In this document: positions 60,201-64,000 of the stretch, in pieces
Layout: the number at the start of each line of letters is the position of its first letter
How positions within the stretch are numbered: position 1 is the stretch's first letter
Source of the DNA: Vicugna vicugna
Lineage: Eukaryota
Assembly (NCBI GenBank): GCA_013265495.1
Contig: MU058337.1
Location: forward strand, 6,802,716-6,866,715
Direction: 5' to 3'
Length of the DNA stretch: 64,000 bases
Position numbers and translations under genes: made by a program
Notes under the pieces: model-generated
Told to the model about the DNA's origin: nothing
Databases searched by the model: none
The model's input: only the letters and a program-made list of their open reading frames with translations

Positions 60201-61964
60201 ACCGCTAGACAAGAGCAGTGTCAAAAGATTTAAAGCTCTCTTTAATCTGCCAAAGCACATCATACAAAAATATCACTATGATGCCCTGTCTATAGTATAA
60301 AGAAAAATAACAATTATGTTATTCATAATGGAACAATATGTATTTCAATATTTTGATGCTTCAGGCAAAGTACAAAATAGGAGGCAGAAAAAAGAATGCA
60401 CATCTATGAAGAATCACTGGAGAATATAAAACTGCAAATTCAAGTGTAAACAGTTCTGTTAGGCTGGCAATCCAATGCCATGGGTAATACTGCGGTTGGT
60501 GATTTTTGAAGATAATAAACACATTTTTGTATAGGTCTAAACAAAGTCAAATGCAGTATCTCCTGATTTTACATGTTAAGTGTATTCCTGAAAAATTCAG
60601 TGTAAGTGTAAAACTGCCTTGTGTTTAGGTATTCTGATCCCGGGTAAATGGGAGCAGATGGATTGGGGCAGCTCTGAACTAGCATCCCTGGCTCCTGTCT
60701 TCTAAATGCCAACAGCAGCCCCAATCCTTACATCAAAACAAATGCACAAATCCAATACCCCCTAATTTTCCAAAATGTCCCCAAGAGCTAGAATAGCTCC
60801 CCTGAAGAAAAGCTATCCTGGTCCCTCAGGGTCTTGCACATAAATATTTATTAAGTTAGAAAGCTATTTCTTGAACTAAAGCATTATAAGATGTTCTTTG
60901 GGTTATTTGTACTTTGCCTGTAAAATGCCCAGTCGAGGGCCTGGCACAAAGTGCACCTTCGATAAACACAGGTTGTAAAAGCTATAGCGCCTGGAAACTG
61001 AGCTTTTCTATAGGCAAATGTCATTGCCTGAAGAAGTAAACTGCACTTCAAGACAAAAGGAACTGTAGTTTTGAAGAAGACCTTTCTTCCACCTTCCTAC
61101 AGATCCCATTACTCACTCCCATAGGGCTGGTTGTACCAGATGGCTTAGAGACATCTTTTTCTCTTCATTTTCAGGATCTGCTGGACTCTATTACATACCA
61201 GTTTCAAAGGTCAACTAATCTTTGATACATTGCAGATAACTGAGAGTTGAATGTACTAGGCTCCAGGGGTGACTTTAACCATTTGTGCATAGGGCTGTAA
61301 AATTTAAATATTTGTCTTTTTAATAAGTTCACTACAATAGCAACCCCACATGAAGAAATAACAACCCTGTAAATGAATAATGGTGATGTATATGTAAAAT
61401 ACACATTTTGTAAAAGATTTTTTATTGAGTTATAGTCACTTTACAATGTTGTGTCAAATTGCAGTGTATACACATTTATTTATATTTGTTGCACACAATT
61501 ATTTCTAGTTAAATCTTAGACTCAAGCAGCATTTTTATTAGATAATCTGTAAGCTTCTCTATTTATGAAGCGGAATGTTCCCTCAGAATGAGTGAGGGAA
61601 AGTATTCCACTCTAGGACACCCTAAAGCACCTTAAAATCATATTGTTTATATCATTCATTTGTACTTTTAAAAGGGTGCACTGGCCCCAAATAGCAATAG
61701 AATTGCAGATTTCCTACACCCACCCACACCTATTTTTACAACTCTGAAATGCAACTATGTCTTAAAATTATTGACAAAGTGGTCACAGAAATGGTCATTG
61801 TCTTCAAACACATGACCTTGGATAGCTGAAATTCCTGATATTTAATCAGTAAACTATTTAAGCTCCATCTGTGGGGAGAATCTGAGCCCTGGTGTTACCA
61901 GAAAACATTCCATTGATACTGTCAAGAAAGTATCAGCAATGGATGAGTGAAGTCCAATTTCTGA

Positions 61965-62260
61965 AACTTTCCTTTTACAGACTATACTTTTGATGTTAAG
62001 TATAGGAACTCTTTGCCTAGCCCTGGATCTCAAAGACTTTCTTCTATGTTTTTTCTAAACTTGATATTTTTATGTTTTACATTCAAGTCTTTGATCCATT
62101 TGAGTTAATTTTATGTAAGGTATGAGACTGGGATGGAGGTTCATTCCCCCTCATCTATGTCCAATCGCATCAGCACTATTTGTTGAAAAGTCTATCTTTC
62201 CTCCATTGAATTGCTTTTGTACCTTTGTCAAAAGTCAGTTGGACATGTTTGTGTCAGTAT
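61965..62260 (-). mobile_element. L1 ORF2-region fragment
   Basis: tgatccatttgagttaatttt...cagcactatttgttgaaaagtctatctttcctccattgaattgcttttgtacctttgtcaaaa. Confidence 0.85.
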
Positions 62261-62269
62261 GTTGACACA

Positions 62270-62897
62270 CATTGGAAAAGAATTTTACAATTCTTGTAGA
62301 TTAAACATGAAATATTGACCTTATTAAATAAGGAGAAAATAAAACTCTTAATACTCCAATGCAATGAGGACTTTGATAACTGGCTATCGAATATTGTCAA
62401 TTTGAAGACACTGACAAAAAAAAATTAAAATACTCTTAAGTCTTATAACTCATATATGAAACTTGTTTCCTCCAAATTTGATGAATCCAAGAAAGTAAAA
62501 GAAATTATTAACAACTAGTTGTAAAATTGAAAGAAAATTATTCTAAGTTATCCATTTTAAAAAGTGTCAATTAAGGATGCTTAAGGATAGATATAATTTT
62601 CTTCCTATACTCACTATAAAAAATAGTACAAAATCATTGTCTTTTAAAGAGATTATCAGAGTGTATGCAGACAAACATTGTAAGAAAAAAAGCATTTTAG
62701 AAATGTATGAGGAAGGTAATTAGTTAGAAACATTGTTATTTTTCTGGATTTTGTGATGTTTGTAGTATTTGGTAGCTTTAAGAATTGTAATTTGTGTGAT
62801 TTTTGTTATACTAAATATCCACTTTTGTAACCAAATTGATACTTATAATTTTGCATTCTTTTTCTCAAAGAGGGCCCCTTGAAATTCTATAAGCTTT
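62270..62897 (+). mobile_element. hAT-Tip100-like DNA transposon remnant (Zaphod/MER115-like)
   Basis: tttctggattttgtgatgtttgt...ttgcattctttttctcaaagagggcccc...tataagctt resembles the recalled 3' portion. Confidence 0.5.
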
Positions 62898-62911
62898 ATA
62901 TATATATATTT

Positions 62912-63640
62912 GTATTTTTAATTGTGGTAAAATATACATCACATAAAATTTACCATCTTAACCATTTTTAAAAGTGTAAAGCAGTGGTATTAAGAACATT
63001 TACATTGTTGTATAATCTTCACGACCATTTCAACTCCAGAACTCTCATCATTCCACACTGAAACTCTATATGCATTAAACACTAACTCCCCTACCTCCCT
63101 CTACCCAGCCCTTGGCAACTACCATCCTACTTTCTGCCTCTATGTCTTTGACTACTCTACATATCTCATTAAGTGGAATTCTACAGTGTTTATCTTTTTA
63201 TGATTATCTTATTTCACTTAACATAATCTCCTCAGGGTTCATCCATGTTGTCGCATGTGTCAAAATTTCCTTCCTTTCTAAGGCTGAATGACGTTCCTAT
63301 AATGTATTTACCACACTCTGTTCATCCACTCAACCATCATTGGACACTTGAGTTGTTTTTATCTCTCAGCTATTGTAAATAATACTGCTATGAACATGGG
63401 TGTACAAATATCCCTTCCAAATCCTGCTTTCAATTCTTTTGGATATACACCTGGATGTGGAATTGCTGGATCCTATGGTAGTTCTCTTTTTAATTTTTTA
63501 AGGAATCACTGTACTCTCTTCCACAGTGTGGAAGTAGCTGTACTACTTCACCAACAGTGCACAACAGTTCTGATTTCTCCACATCACTGCCAACACTTGT
63601 TATTTTGTTTTTTGGATAATAGCTATACTAATGGATATGA
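62912..63640 (-). mobile_element. L1MA/L1MB-like 3' end
   Basis: aattgtggtaaaatatacatcacataaaatttaccatcttaacc...ggaattgctggatcctatggtagttc... Confidence 0.9.
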
Positions 63641-63694
63641 TTTTTAATACATTTTTATGTTGTTATATTTAAAAAATTTTAATACATTAAAAAA

Positions 63695-64000
63695 TTTGAT
63701 GTATAGTTGATTTACAATGTTGTGTTAGTTTCTGGTGTACAGCATAGTGATTCAATTATATATATATATATACTTTTTCATTATAGGTTATTACAAGCTA
63801 TTGAATACAGTTCCCTGTGCTATACAGTAGGACTCTGCTGTTCATCTATTCTGTATACAGTAGTTTGTATCTGCTAATCCCAAACTCCCAATTTAACCCT
63901 CCTCCCCTCCTTCCCTTTTGGTAATCATTGTTTGTTTTCTACTTCTGTGAGTCTCTTTCTGTTTTGTAAATAAGTTCATTTGTGTCATGTTTTAGATTCC
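63695..64000 (-). mobile_element. L1 3' end (cetartiodactyl-type), running off the window
   Basis: gtatagttgatttacaatgttgtgttagtttctggtgtacagc...tagtttgtatctgctaatcccaaac. Same family as 40595-40904. Confidence 0.9.

Overview
This is mammalian genomic DNA, very likely camelid: it carries four tRNA-Ala(AGC)-derived Vic-1-type SINEs and cetartiodactyl-type L1 3' ends. The only protein-coding sequence I can support is coding exon 1 of UBAC2 on the minus strand (12477-12507, MFTSTGSSGL plus 1 nt, then a GTGAGT donor). It sits in a CpG-island promoter with NRF1, GC-box, ETS and ZNF143-like motifs. Positions 1-12476 are UBAC2 intron 1. The remaining ~51 kb is repeat-rich upstream DNA: L1, L2, MIR, MaLR, ERVL and ERV1 solo LTRs, hAT DNA transposons and several nested insertions with readable target-site duplications (TSDs). 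The supplied ORFs are repeat-derived or GC-island noise. I found no convincing new coding system. The best leads are non-coding: a MER41-like LTR with an altered STAT site, a probable divergent spliced lncRNA, a fossil Charlie transposase beside the promoter, a probable mRNA 3'-UTR retrocopy, a 22-bp SINE micro-insertion, an inverted LTR pair and a strong CTCF-like site. Repeat family names come from recall of consensus sequences, not a database search. Repeat boundaries without a TSD are approximate.
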